In this document: piece by piece, positions 11,201 through 25,685 of the stretch
How the letters are laid out: each line of letters starts with the position of its first letter
Numbering within the stretch: the first letter of the stretch is position 1
DNA from: the human T2T-CHM13v2.0 reference genome, Homo sapiens
Assembly (NCBI RefSeq): GCF_009914755.1
Contig: NC_060930.1
Reading direction: 5' to 3' (one strand)
DNA length: 64,000 bases
The notes under the pieces: model-generated
The model's input: the letters and a program-made list of their open reading frames with translations, nothing else
The model's database searches: none
Told to the model about the DNA's origin: nothing
Made by a program: the position numbers and the translations under genes

Positions 11201-14200
11201 TCTCAGAAACTACTTTGTGATGTGTGCATTCAACTCACCGAGTGCAACGTTCCTCTTGACCGAGCAGTTTGGAAACATTGTTTCTGTAGAATCTGCAAGT
11301 GGATATTTGGACCTCTTTGAGGCCTTCGTTGGAAACGGGATTTCTTCCTATAAACCCAGACAGAAGAATTCTCAGAGACTTCTTTGTGATGTGTGAATTC
11401 AACTCACAGTGTGGATCCTTCCTTTTGATAGAGCAGTTTTGAAACCCTGTTTTTGTAGTATTTCCAAGCGGATATTCGGAACGCCTTGAAGCGTATGGTA
11501 GAAAAGGAAATATCTTCCCATAAAACCTAGACAGAACCAATCTCAGAAACGACTTTGTGATGTCTGCATTCAAGTCACAGAGTTGAACATTTCTCTTGAT
11601 AGAGCAGTTTTGAAACCCTCTTTCTGAAGGATCTGCAAGTGGATATTTGGAACTCCTTTGGGTCTTCGTTGGAAACGGGATTTCTTCGTATAAATCTAGA
11701 CAGAAGAATTCTCCGAAACTTCTTTGGTTGTGTGCATTCAAGTCACAGAGTGGAACCTTCCTTTGGATAGAGCAGTTTGAAACGCCGTGGTTGTAGTATT
11801 TCCAAGCGGATATTAGAGCGCCTTGAGGCCTATGGTAGAAAAGGAAATATCTTCCCATAAAACCTAGACGGAAGCAATCTCAGAAACTACTGTGTGATGG
11901 CTGCATTCCACACACACGGTGGAACATTTCTCTTGATAGAGCAGTTTTGAAACACTCTTTCTGTAGAATCTGCAAGTGGATAATTGGACCGCCTTGAGGC
12001 CTTCGTTGGAAACGGGATTTCTTCATGTTACTCTAGATAGAAGAATTCTCAAACACTGCTATGTGATGTTTGCATTCAAGTCACAGAGTGCAACATTCCT
12101 CTTGGTAGAGCAGTTGGGAAACACTCCTTTTGTAGAATCTGCAATGGGATATTTGGACTTCTTTGAGGCCTTCGTTGGAAACGGGATTTCTTCGTATGAA
12201 TCTAGACAGAAGAATTCTCAGAAACTTCCTTGTGATGTGTGCATTCAACTCAGCGAGTGGCACCTTCCTTTGGATACAGCAGTTTTGAAACACTGTTTTT
12301 GTAGTATTTCCAAGCGGATATTTAGAGCGCCTTGAAGCCTATGCTAGAAATGGAAATATCTCCCCATAAAACCAAGACAGAAGCAATCTCAGAAACTAAT
12401 GTGTGATGGCTGCATTCCACACACACGGTGGACCATTTCTCTTGATAGAGCAGTTTTGAAACACTCTTTCTGTAGAATCTGCAAGTGGATAATTGGACCT
12501 CCTAGAGGCCTTCGTTGGAAACGGGATTTCTTCATCTAAACCTACAGAGAAGAATTCTCAGTAACTTCTTCGGATGTGTGCATTCGACGCACAGAATGGA
12601 ACATTCCCTTTGATAGAGCAGTTTTGAGACACCGTTTTTGTAGAATTCCCAAGTGGATATTTAGAGCACTTTGAAGTCTCTGCTAGAAAAGGAAACATCT
12701 TCATGTAAAAAGTAGATAGAATCGTTCTCAGAAAGTGCTTAGTGACGTGTGCGTTCAACTCACAGAGTTTAACGTTTCTTTTGATAGAGCGTTTCTGAAA
12801 CACCCTTCTTGTAGTAGCTGCAAGTGGATATTTGGACCTATTGGAGGCCTTCTTTGGAAATGGGATTTCTTCATGTAACTCTAGATTGAAGAGTTCTCAG
12901 AAACTCCTTTGTGATGTGTGCATTCAATTCAAAGAGTGAAACCTCCCTTTTCACAGAGCAGTTTTGAAACACTGTTTTTGTAGGATTTCCAAGGGGATAT
13001 TTATAGCGCATTGAGCCTACGGCGGAAAAAGAAACATCTTCCTATAAAAACTAGACAGAATACTTCTCAGAATCTGCTTTGCGATGTGTGCGTTCAACTC
13101 ACAGAGTAAAACTTTTCTTTTGATAGAGCAGTTTTGAAACACTCTTTTTGTAGTATTTGCATGTGTATATTTAGAGCGCATTGAAGCCCACAGTAGAAAA
13201 GGAAATAACTTCACCTAAAACCTAGACAGAAGCAATCTCAGAAACTACTTTGTGATGTGTACATTCAACTCACAGAGTGGAACTTTCCTCTTTATAGAGC
13301 AGTGTTGAAACACTCTTTTTGTAGAAACTGCAAGTGGATATTTGGACCTCTTTGAGGCCTTCGTTGGAAACGGGATTTCTTCCTATAACCCTAGACAGAA
13401 GAATTTTCAGAAACCTCATTGTGATGTGTGCGTTCATCTCACAGAGTGGAGTCTTCCGTTTGATAGAGAAGTTTTGAAACCCTGTTCTTGTAGGATTTCC
13501 AAGTGGATATTTAGACCACTTTGAAGCCTATGATAGAAAAGGAAACATCTTCATGGAAAACATAGATAGAATCATCCTCAGAAACAACTTTGTGATGTGT
13601 GCGTTGAACTCACCGTCTTTAACCTTTCTTTTGGTAGAGAAGTTTTGAAACACTCTCTTTGTAAAGTCTACAAGTGGATATTTTGAGCCCTTGGAGGCAT
13701 TCTTTGGAAAAGGGAATGTCTTCACATAAAAGGCAGACGGAAGTGTTCTCAGAAACTGCTTTGTGATGTCTGTGTTCAACTCACAGAGTTTAACATTTCC
13801 TTTGATAGAGCGGTTTAGTAACCCTCTCTTTGTAGAATTTGGAAGTGTATACTAAGAGCGCTTTGAGGCCTATGGTAGAAAAGGAAATATCTTTCCATAA
13901 AAGCTAGACAGAAGCAATCTCAGAAACTCCTTTGCGATGTCTGCATTCAACTCACCGAGTGGAACATTCCTCTTGAGAGAGCAGTTTGGAAACACTCTTT
14001 CTGTAGAATCAGCTTGTTTGTATTTGGACCTCCTTGAGGCCTTCGTTGGAAACGGGTTTTCATCTTATAAACCCAGACAGAAGAATTCTCAGAGTCTTCT
14101 TTGTGATGTGTGCTTTCAACTCACCGAGATAAAGATTTCTCTTGATAGAGCAATTTGGAAACACTCTTTTTGTAGAATTTGCAAGGGTACATTGAGAGCG

Positions 14201-17200
14201 CTTTCAGGCCTATGGTAGAAAAGGGAATATCTTTCCATAAAAGGTAGACAGAAGCAATCTCAGAAACTACTTTGTGATGTGTGCATTCAACTCACCGAGT
14301 GCAACGTTCCTCTTGACCGAGCAGTTTGGAAACATTGTTTCTGTAGAATCTGCAAGTGGATATTTGGACCTCTTTGAGGCCTTCGTTGGAAACGGGATTT
14401 CTTCCTATAAACCCAGACAGAAGAATTCTCAGAGACTTCTTTGTGATGTGTGAATTCAACTCACAGTGTGGATCCTTCCTTTTGATAGAGCAGTTTTGAA
14501 ACCCTGTTTTTGTAGTATTTCCAAGCGGATATTCGGAACGCCTTGAAGCGTATGGTAGAAAAGGAAATATCTTCCCATAAAACCTAGACAGAACCAATCT
14601 CAGAAACGACTTTGTGATGTCTGCATTCAAGTCACAGAGTTGAACATTTCTCTTGATAGAGCAGTTTTGAAACCCTCTTTCTGAAGGATCTGCAAGTGGA
14701 TATTTGGAACTCCTTTGGGTCTTCGTTGGAAACGGGATTTCTTCGTATAAATCTAGACAGAAGAATTCTCCGAAACTTCTTTGGTTGTGTGCATTCAAGT
14801 CACAGAGTGGAACCTTCCTTTGGATAGAGCAGTTTGAAACGCCGTGGTTGTAGTATTTCCAAGCGGATATTAGAGCGCCTTGAGGCCTATGGTAGAAAAG
14901 GAAATATCTTCCCATAAAACCTAGACGGAAGCAATCTCAGAAACTACTGTGTGATGGCTGCATTCCACACACACGGTGGAACATTTCTCTTGATAGAGCA
15001 GTTTTGAAACACTCTTTCTGTAGAATCTGCAAGTGGATAATTGGACCGCCTTGAGGCCTTCGTTGGAAACGGGATTTCTTCATGTTACTCTAGATAGAAG
15101 AATTCTCAAACACTGCTATGTGATGTTTGCATTCAAGTCACAGAGTGCAACATTCCTCTTGGTAGAGCAGTTGGGAAACACTCCTTTTGTAGAATCTGCA
15201 ATGGGATATTTGGACTTCTTTGAGGCCTTCGTTGGAAACGGGATTTCTTCGTATGAATCTAGACAGAAGAATTCTCAGAAACTTCCTTGTGATGTGTGCA
15301 TTCAACTCAGCGAGTGGCACCTTCCTTTGGATACAGCAGTTTTGAAACACTGTTTTTGTAGTATTTCCAAGCGGATATTTAGAGCGCCTTGAAGCCTATG
15401 CTAGAAATGGAAATATCTCCCCATAAAACCAAGACAGAAGCAATCTCAGAAACTAATGTGTGATGGCTGCATTCCACACACACGGTGGACCATTTCTCTT
15501 GATAGAGCAGTTTTGAAACACTCTTTCTGTAGAATCTGCAAGTGGATAATTGGACCTCCTAGAGGCCTTCGTTGGAAACGGGATTTCTTCATCTAAACCT
15601 ACAGAGAAGAATTCTCAGTAACTTCTTCGGATGTGTGCATTCGACGCACAGAATGGAACATTCCCTTTGATAGAGCAGTTTTGAGACACCGTTTTTGTAG
15701 AATTCCCAAGTGGATATTTAGAGCACTTTGAAGTCTCTGCTAGAAAAGGAAACATCTTCATGTAAAAAGTAGATAGAATCGTTCTCAGAAAGTGCTTAGT
15801 GACGTGTGCGTTCAACTCACAGAGTTTAACGTTTCTTTTGATAGAGCGTTTCTGAAACACCCTTCTTGTAGTAGCTGCAAGTGGATATTTGGACCTATTG
15901 GAGGCCTTCTTTGGAAATGGGATTTCTTCATGTAACTCTAGATTGAAGAGTTCTCAGAAACTCCTTTGTGATGTGTGCATTCAATTCAAAGAGTGAAACC
16001 TCCCTTTTCACAGAGCAGTTTTGAAACACTGTTTTTGTAGGATTTCCAAGGGGATATTTATAGCGCATTGAGCCTACGGCGGAAAAAGAAACATCTTCCT
16101 ATAAAAACTAGACAGAATACTTCTCAGAATCTGCTTTGCGATGTGTGCGTTCAACTCACAGAGTAAAACTTTTCTTTTGATAGAGCAGTTTTGAAACACT
16201 CTTTTTGTAGTATTTGCATGTGTATATTTAGAGCGCATTGAAGCCCACAGTAGAAAAGGAAATAACTTCACCTAAAACCTAGACAGAAGCAATCTCAGAA
16301 ACTACTTTGTGATGTGTACATTCAACTCACAGAGTGGAACTTTCCTCTTTATAGAGCAGTGTTGAAACACTCTTTTTGTAGAAACTGCAAGTGGATATTT
16401 GGACCTCTTTGAGGCCTTCGTTGGAAACGGGATTTCTTCCTATAACCCTAGACAGAAGAATTTTCAGAAACCTCATTGTGATGTGTGCGTTCATCTCACA
16501 GAGTGGAGTCTTCCGTTTGATAGAGAAGTTTTGAAACCCTGTTCTTGTAGGATTTCCAAGTGGATATTTAGACCACTTTGAAGCCTATGATAGAAAAGGA
16601 AACATCTTCATGGAAAACATAGATAGAATCATCCTCAGAAACAACTTTGTGATGTGTGCGTTGAACTCACCGTCTTTAACCTTTCTTTTGGTAGAGAAGT
16701 TTTGAAACACTCTCTTTGTAAAGTCTACAAGTGGATATTTTGAGCCCTTGGAGGCATTCTTTGGAAAAGGGAATGTCTTCACATAAAAGGCAGACGGAAG
16801 TGTTCTCAGAAACTGCTTTGTGATGTCTGTGTTCAACTCACAGAGTTTAACATTTCCTTTGATAGAGCGGTTTAGTAACCCTCTCTTTGTAGAATTTGGA
16901 AGTGTATACTAAGAGCGCTTTGAGGCCTATGGTAGAAAAGGAAATATCTTTCCATAAAAGCTAGACAGAAGCAATCTCAGAAACTCCTTTGCGATGTCTG
17001 CATTCAACTCACCGAGTGGAACATTCCTCTTGAGAGAGCAGTTTGGAAACACTCTTTCTGTAGAATCAGCTTGTTTGTATTTGGACCTCCTTGAGGCCTT
17101 CGTTGGAAACGGGTTTTCATCTTATAAACCCAGACAGAAGAATTCTCAGAGTCTTCTTTGTGATGTGTGCTTTCAACTCACCGAGATAAAGATTTCTCTT

Positions 17201-17526
17201 GATAGAGCAATTTGGAAACACTCTTTTTGTAGAATTTGCAAGGGTACATTGAGAGCGCTTTCAGGCCTATGGTAGAAAAGGGAATATCTTTCCATAAAAG
17301 GTAGACAGAAGCAATCTCAGAAACTACTTTGTGATGTGTGCATTCAACTCACCGAGTGCAACGTTCCTCTTGACCGAGCAGTTTGGAAACATTGTTTCTG
17401 TAGAATCTGCAAGTGGATATTTGGACCTCTTTGAGGCCTTCGTTGGAAACGGGATTTCTTCCTATAAACCCAGACAGAAGAATTCTCAGAGACTTCTTTG
17501 TGATGTGTGAATTCAACTCACAGTGT
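5299..17526 (+). repeat. Four consecutive canonical 18-mer HORs (4 x 3057 bp)
   Basis: BamHI sites at 5299, 8356, 11413, 14470, 17527; the ORF track repeats at 3057. Confidence 0.95.
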
Positions 17527-20077
17527 GGATCCTTCCTTTTGATAGAGCAGTTTTGAAACCCTGTTTTTGTAGTATTTCCAAGCGGATATTTGGAACGCCT
17601 TGAAGCGTATGGTAGAAAAGGAAATATCTTCCCATAAAACCTAGACAGAACCAATCTCAGAAACGACTTTGTGATGTCTGCATTCAAGTCACAGAGTTGA
17701 ACATTTCTCTTGATAGAGCAGTTTTGAAACCCTCTTTCTGAAGGATCTGCAAGTGGATATTTGGAACTCCTTTGGGTCTTCGTTGGAAACGGGATTTCTT
17801 CGTATAAATCTAGACAGAAGAATTCTCAGAAACTTCCTTGTGATGTGTGCATTCAACTCAGCGAGTGGCACCTTCCTTTGGATACAGCAGTTTTGAAACA
17901 CTGTTTTTGTAGTATTTCCAAGCGGATATTTAGAGCGCCTTGAAGCCTATGCTAGAAATGGAAATATCTCCCCATAAAACCAAGACGGAAGCAATCTCAG
18001 AAACTAATGTGTGATGGCTGCATTCCACACACACGGTGGACCATTTCTCTTGATAGAGCAGTTTTGAAACACTCTTTCTGTAGAATCTGCAAGTGGATAA
18101 TTGGACCTCCGAGAGGCCTTCGTTGGAAACGGGATTTCTTCATCTAAACCTACAGAGAAGTATTCTCAGTAACTTCTTCGGATGTGTGCATTCGACGCAC
18201 AGAATGGAACATTCCCTTTGATAGAGCAGTTTTGAGACACCGTTTTTGTAGAATTCCCAAGTGGATATTTAGAGCACTTTGAAGTCTCTGCTAGAAAAGG
18301 AAACATCATCATGTAAAAAGTAGATAGAATCGTTCTCAGAAAGTGCTTAGTGTCGTGTGCGTTCAACTCACAGAGTTTAACGTTTCTTTTGATAGAGCGT
18401 TTCTGAAACACCCTTCTTGTAGTAGCTGCAAGTGGATATTTGGACCTATTGGAGGCCTTCTTTGGAAACGGGATTTCTTCATGTAACTCTAGATTGAAGA
18501 ATTCTCAGAAACTCCTTTGTGATGTGTGCATTCAATTCAAAGAGTGAAACCTCTCTTTTCACAGAGCAGTTTTGAAACACTGTTTTTGTAGGATTTCCAA
18601 GGGGATATTTATAGCGCATTGAGCCTACGGCGGAAAAAGAAACATCTTCCTATAAAAACTAGACAGAATACTTCTCAGAATCTGCTTTGCGATGTGTGCG
18701 TTCAACTCACAGAGTAAAACTTTTCTTTTGATAGAGTAGTTTTGAAACACTCTTTTTGTAGTATTTGCATGTGTATATTTAGAGCGCATTGAAGCCCACA
18801 GTAGAAAAGGAAATAACTTCACCTAAAACCTAGACAGAAGCAATCTCAGAAACTACTTTGTGATGTGTACATTCAACTCACAGAGTGGAACTTTCCTCTT
18901 TATAGAGCAGTGTTGAAACACTCTTTTTGTAGAAACTGCAAGTGGATATTTGGACCTCTTTGAGGCCTTCGTTGGAAACGGGATTTCTTCCTATAACCCT
19001 AGACAGAAGAATTTTCAGAAACCTCATTGTGATGTGTGCGTTCATCTCACAGAGTGGAGTCTTCCGTTTGATAGAGAAGTTTTGAAACCCTGTTCTTGTA
19101 GGATTTCCAAGTGGATATTTAGACCACTTTGAAGCCTATGATAGAAAAGGAAACATCTTCATGGAAAACATAGATAGAATCATCCTCAGAAACAACTTTG
19201 TGATGTGTGCGTTGAACTCACCGTCTTTAACCTTTCTTTTGGTAGAGAAGTTTTGAAACACTCTCTTTGTAAAGTCTACAAGTGGATATTTTGAGCCCTT
19301 GGAGGCATTCTTTGGAAAAGGGAATGTCTTCACATAAAAGGCAGACGGAAGTGTTCTCAGAAACTGCTTTGTGATGTCTGTGTTCAACTCACAGAGTTTA
19401 ACATTTCCTTTGATAGAGCGGTTTAGTAACCCTCTCTTTGTAGAATTTGGAAGTGTATACTAAGAGCGCTTTGAGGCCTATGGTAGAAAAGGAAATATCT
19501 TTCCATAAAAGCTAGACAGAAGCAATCTCAGAAACTCCTCTGTGATGTCTGCATTCAACTCACCGAGTGGAACATTCCTCTTGATAGAGCAGTTTGGAAA
19601 CACTCTTTCTGTAGAATCAGCTTGTTTGTATTTGGACCTCCTTGAGGCCTTCGTTGGAAACGGGTTTTCATCTTATAAACCCAGACAGAAGAATTCTCAG
19701 AGTCTTCTTTGTGATGTGTGCTTTCAACTCACCGAGATAAAGATTTCTCTTGATAGAGCAATTTGGAAACACTCTTTTTGTAGAATTTGCAAGGGTACAT
19801 TGAGAGCGCTTTCAGGCCTATGGTAGAAAAGGGAATATCTTTCCATAAAAGGTAGACAGAAGCAATCTCAGAAACTACTTTGTGATGTGTGCATTCAACT
19901 CACCGAGTGCAACGTTCCTCTTGACCGAGCAGTTTGGAAACATTGTTTCTGTAGAATCTGCAAGTGGATATTTGGACCTCTTTGAGGCCTTCGTTGGAAA
20001 CGGGATTTCTTCCTATAAACCCAGACAGAAGAATTCTCAGAGACTTCTTTGTGATGTGTGAATTCAACTCACAGTGT
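17527..20077 (+). repeat. 15-mer HOR variant #2
   Basis: 2551 bp; junction at 17807-17827. Confidence 0.95.
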
Positions 20078-23000
20078 GGATCCTTCCTTTTGATAGAGCA
20101 GTTTTGAAACCCTGTTTTTGTAGTATTTCCAAGCGGATATTCGGAACGCCTTGAAGCGTATGGTAGAAAAGGAAATATCTTCCCATAAAACCTAGACAGA
20201 ACCAATCTCAGAAACGACTTTGTGATGTCTGCATTCAAGTCACAGAGTTGAACATTTCTCTTGATAGAGCAGTTTTGAAACCCTCTTTCTGAAGGATCTG
20301 CAAGTGGATATTTGGAACTCCTTTGGGTCTTCGTTGGAAACGGGATTTCTTCGTATAAATCTAGACAGAAGAATTCTCCGAAACTTCTTTGGTTGTGTGC
20401 ATTCAAGTCACAGAGTGGAACCTTCCTTTGGATAGAGCAGTTTGAAACGCCGTGGTTGTAGTATTTCCAAGCGGATATTAGAGCGCCTTGAGGCCTATGG
20501 TAGAAAAGGAAATATCTTCCCATAAAACCTAGACGGAAGCAATCTCAGAAACTACTGTGTGATGGCTGCATTCCACACACACGGTGGAACATTTCTCTTG
20601 ATAGAGCAGTTTTGAAACACTCTTTCTGTAGAATCTGCAAGTGGATAATTGGACCGCCTTGAGGCCTTCGTTGGAAACGGGATTTCTTCATGTTACTCTA
20701 GATAGAAGAATTCTCAAACACTGCTATGTGATGTTTGCATTCAAGTCACAGAGTGCAACATTCCTCTTGGTAGAGCAGTTGGGAAACACTCCTTTTGTAG
20801 AATCTGCAATGGGATATTTGGACTTCTTTGAGGCCTTCGTTGGAAACGGGATTTCTTCGTATGAATCTAGACAGAAGAATTCTCAGAAACTTCCTTGTGA
20901 TGTGTGCATTCAACTCAGCGAGTGGCACCTTCCTTTGGATACAGCAGTTTTGAAACACTGTTTTTGTAGTATTTCCAAGCGGATATTTAGAGCGCCTTGA
21001 AGCCTATGCTAGAAATGGAAATATCTCCCCATAAAACCAAGACAGAAGCAATCTCAGAAACTAATGTGTGATGGCTGCATTCCACACACACGGTGGACCA
21101 TTTCTCTTGATAGAGCAGTTTTGAAACACTCTTTCTGTAGAATCTGCAAGTGGATAATTGGACCTCCTAGAGGCCTTCGTTGGAAACGGGATTTCTTCAT
21201 CTAAACCTACAGAGAAGAATTCTCAGTAACTTCTTCGGATGTGTGCATTCGACGCACAGAATGGAACATTCCCTTTGATAGAGCAGTTTTGAGACACCGT
21301 TTTTGTAGAATTCCCAAGTGGATATTTAGAGCACTTTGAAGTCTCTGCTAGAAAAGGAAACATCTTCATGTAAAAAGTAGATAGAATCGTTCTCAGAAAG
21401 TGCTTAGTGTCGTGTGCGTTCAACTCACAGAGTTTAACGTTTCTTTTGATAGAGCGTTTCTGAAACACCCTTCTTGTAGTAGCTGCAAGTGGATATTTGG
21501 ACCTATTGGAGGCCTTCTTTGGAAATGGGATTTCTTCATGTAACTCTAGATTGAAGAGTTCTCAGAAACTCCTTTGTGATGTGTGCATTCAATTCAAAGA
21601 GTGAAACCTCCCTTTTCACAGAGCAGTTTTGAAACACTGTTTTTGTAGGATTTCCAAGGGGATATTTATAGCGCATTGAGCCTACGGCGGAAAAAGAAAC
21701 ATCTTCCTATAAAAACTAGACAGAATACTTCTCAGAATCTGCTTTGCGATGTGTGCGTTCAACTCACAGAGTAAAACTTTTCTTTTGATAGAGCAGTTTT
21801 GAAACACTCTTTTTGTAGTATTTGCATGTGTATATTTAGAGCGCATTGAAGCCCACAGTAGAAAAGGAAATAACTTCACCTAAAACCTAGACAGAAGCAA
21901 TCTCAGAAACTACTTTGTGATGTGTACATTCAACTCACAGAGTGGAACTTTCCTCTTTATAGAGCAGTGTTGAAACACTCTTTTTGTAGAAACTGCAAGT
22001 GGATATTTGGACCTCTTTGAGGCCTTCGTTGGAAACGGGATTTCTTCCTATAACCCTAGACAGAAGAATTTTCAGAAACCTCATTGTGATGTGTGCGTTC
22101 ATCTCACAGAGTGGAGTCTTCCGTTTGATAGAGAAGTTTTGAAACCCTGTTCTTGTAGGATTTCCAAGTGGATATTTAGACCACTTTGAAGCCTATGATA
22201 GAAAAGGAAACATCTTCATGGAAAACATAGATAGAATCATCCTCAGAAACAACTTTGTGATGTGTGCGTTGAACTCACCGTCTTTAACCTTTCTTTTGGT
22301 AGAGAAGTTTTGAAACACTCTCTTTGTAAAGTCTACAAGTGGATATTTTGAGCCCTTGGAGGCATTCTTTGGAAAAGGGAATGTCTTCACATAAAAGGCA
22401 GACGGAAGTGTTCTCAGAAACTGCTTTGTGATGTCTGTGTTCAACTCACAGAGTTTAACATTTCCTTTGATAGAGCGGTTTAGTAACCCTCTCTTTGTAG
22501 AATTTGGAAGTGTATACTAAGAGCGCTTTGAGGCCTATGGTAGAAAAGGAAATATCTTTCCATAAAAGCTAGACAGAAGCAATCTCAGAAACTCCTTTGC
22601 GATGTCTGCATTCAACTCACCGAGTGGAACATTCCTCTTGAGAGAGCAGTTTGGAAACACTCTTTCTGTAGAATCAGCTTGTTTGTATTTGGACCTCCTT
22701 GAGGCCTTCGTTGGAAACGGGTTTTCATCTTATAAACCCAGACAGAAGAATTCTCAGAGTCTTCTTTGTGATGTGTGCTTTCAACTCACCGAGATAAAGA
22801 TTTCTCTTGATAGAGCAATTTGGAAACACTCTTTTTGTAGAATTTGCAAGGGTACATTGAGAGCGCTTTCAGGCCTATGGTAGAAAAGGGAATATCTTTC
22901 CATAAAAGGTAGACAGAAGCAATCTCAGAAACTACTTTGTGATGTGTGCATTCAACTCACCGAGTGCAACGTTCCTCTTGACCGAGCAGTTTGGAAACAT

Positions 23001-23134
23001 TGTTTCTGTAGAATCTGCAAGTGGATATTTGGACCTCTTTGAGGCCTTCGTTGGAAACGGGATTTCTTCCTATAAACCCAGACAGAAGAATTCTCAGAGA
23101 CTTCTTTGTGATGTGTGAATTCAACTCACAGTGT
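20078..23134 (+). repeat. 18-mer HOR
   Basis: 3057 bp; carries the marker tgTcgtg at 21410 on an otherwise 18-mer-type background. Confidence 0.95.
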
Positions 23135-25685
23135 GGATCCTTCCTTTTGATAGAGCAGTTTTGAAACCCTGTTTTTGTAGTATTTCCAAGCGGATATTCG
23201 GAACGCCTTGAAGCGTATGGTAGAAAAGGAAATATCTTCCCATAAAACCTAGACAGAACCAATCTCAGAAACGACTTTGTGATGTCTGCATTCAAGTCAC
23301 AGAGTTGAACATTTCTCTTGATAGAGCAGTTTTGAAACCCTCTTTCTGAAGGATCTGCAAGTGGATATTTGGAACTCCTTTGGGTCTTCGTTGGAAACGG
23401 GATTTCTTCGTATAAATCTAGACAGAAGAATTCTCAGAAACTTCCTTGTGATGTGTGCATTCAACTCAGCGAGTGGCACCTTCCTTTGGATACAGCAGTT
23501 TTGAAACACTGTTTTTGTAGTATTTCCAAGCGGATATTTAGAGCGCCTTGAAGCCTATGCTAGAAATGGAAATATCTCCCCATAAAACCAAGACGGAAGC
23601 AATCTCAGAAACTAATGTGTGATGGCTGCATTCCACACACACGGTGGACCATTTCTCTTGATAGAGCAGTTTTGAAACACTCTTTCTGTAGAATCTGCAA
23701 GTGGATAATTGGACCTCCGAGAGGCCTTCGTTGGAAACGGGATTTCTTCATCTAAACCTACAGAGAAGTATTCTCAGTAACTTCTTCGGATGTGTGCATT
23801 CGACGCACAGAATGGAACATTCCCTTTGATAGAGCAGTTTTGAGACACCGTTTTTGTAGAATTCCCAAGTGGATATTTAGAGCACTTTGAAGTCTCTGCT
23901 AGAAAAGGAAACATCATCATGTAAAAAGTAGATAGAATCGTTCTCAGAAAGTGCTTAGTGTCGTGTGCGTTCAACTCACAGAGTTTAACGTTTCTTTTGA
24001 TAGAGCGTTTCTGAAACACCCTTCTTGTAGTAGCTGCAAGTGGATATTTGGACCTATTGGAGGCCTTCTTTGGAAACGGGATTTCTTCATGTAACTCTAG
24101 ATTGAAGAATTCTCAGAAACTCCTTTGTGATGTGTGCATTCAATTCAAAGAGTGAAACCTCTCTTTTCACAGAGCAGTTTTGAAACACTGTTTTTGTAGG
24201 ATTTCCAAGGGGATATTTATAGCGCATTGAGCCTACGGCGGAAAAAGAAACATCTTCCTATAAAAACTAGACAGAATACTTCTCAGAATCTGCTTTGCGA
24301 TGTGTGCGTTCAACTCACAGAGTAAAACTTTTCTTTTGATAGAGCAGTTTTGAAACACTCTTTTTGTAGTATTTGCATGTGTATATTTAGAGCGCATTGA
24401 AGCCCACAGTAGAAAAGGAAATAACTTCACCTAAAACCTAGACAGAAGCAATCTCAGAAACTACTTTGTGATGTGTACATTCAACTCACAGAGTGGAACT
24501 TTCCTCTTTATAGAGCAGTGTTGAAACACTCTTTTTGTAGAAACTGCAAGTGGATATTTGGACCTCTTTGAGGCCTTCGTTGGAAACGGGATTTCTTCCT
24601 ATAACCCTAGACAGAAGAATTTTCAGAAACCTCATTGTGATGTGTGCGTTCATCTCACAGAGTGGAGTCTTCCGTTTGATAGAGAAGTTTTGAAACCCTG
24701 TTCTTGTAGGATTTCCAAGTGGATATTTAGACCACTTTGAAGCCTATGATAGAAAAGGAAACATCTTCATGGAAAACATAGATAGAATCATCCTCAGAAA
24801 CAACTTTGTGATGTGTGCGTTGAACTCACCGTCTTTAACCTTTCTTTTGGTAGAGAAGTTTTGAAACACTCTCTTTGTAAAGTCTACAAGTGGATATTTT
24901 GAGCCCTTGGAGGCATTCTTTGGAAAAGGGAATGTCTTCACATAAAAGGCAGACGGAAGTGTTCTCAGAAACTGCTTTGTGATGTCTGTGTTCAACTCAC
25001 AGAGTTTAACATTTCCTTTGATAGAGCGGTTTAGTAACCCTCTCTTTGTAGAATTTGGAAGTGTATACTAAGAGCGCTTTGAGGCCTATGGTAGAAAAGG
25101 AAATATCTTTCCATAAAAGCTAGACAGAAGCAATCTCAGAAACTCCTCTGTGATGTCTGCATTCAACTCACCGAGTGGAACATTCCTCTTGATAGAGCAG
25201 TTTGGAAACACTCTTTCTGTAGAATCAGCTTGTTTGTATTTGGACCTCCTTGAGGCCTTCGTTGGAAACGGGTTTTCATCTTATAAACCCAGACAGAAGA
25301 ATTCTCAGAGTCTTCTTTGTGATGTGTGCTTTCAACTCACCGAGATAAAGATTTCTCTTGATAGAGCAATTTGGAAACACTCTTTTTGTAGAATTTGCAA
25401 GGGTACATTGAGAGCGCTTTCAGGCCTATGGTAGAAAAGGGAATATCTTTCCATAAAAGGTAGACAGAAGCAATCTCAGAAACTACTTTGTGATGTGTGC
25501 ATTCAACTCACCGAGTGCAACGTTCCTCTTGACCGAGCAGTTTGGAAACATTGTTTCTGTAGAATCTGCAAGTGGATATTTGGACCTCTTTGAGGCCTTC
25601 GTTGGAAACGGGATTTCTTCCTATAAACCCAGACAGAAGAATTCTCAGAGACTTCTTTGTGATGTGTGAATTCAACTCACAGTGT
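23135..25685 (+). repeat. 15-mer HOR variant #3
   Basis: 2551 bp; junction at 23415-23435. Confidence 0.95.
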
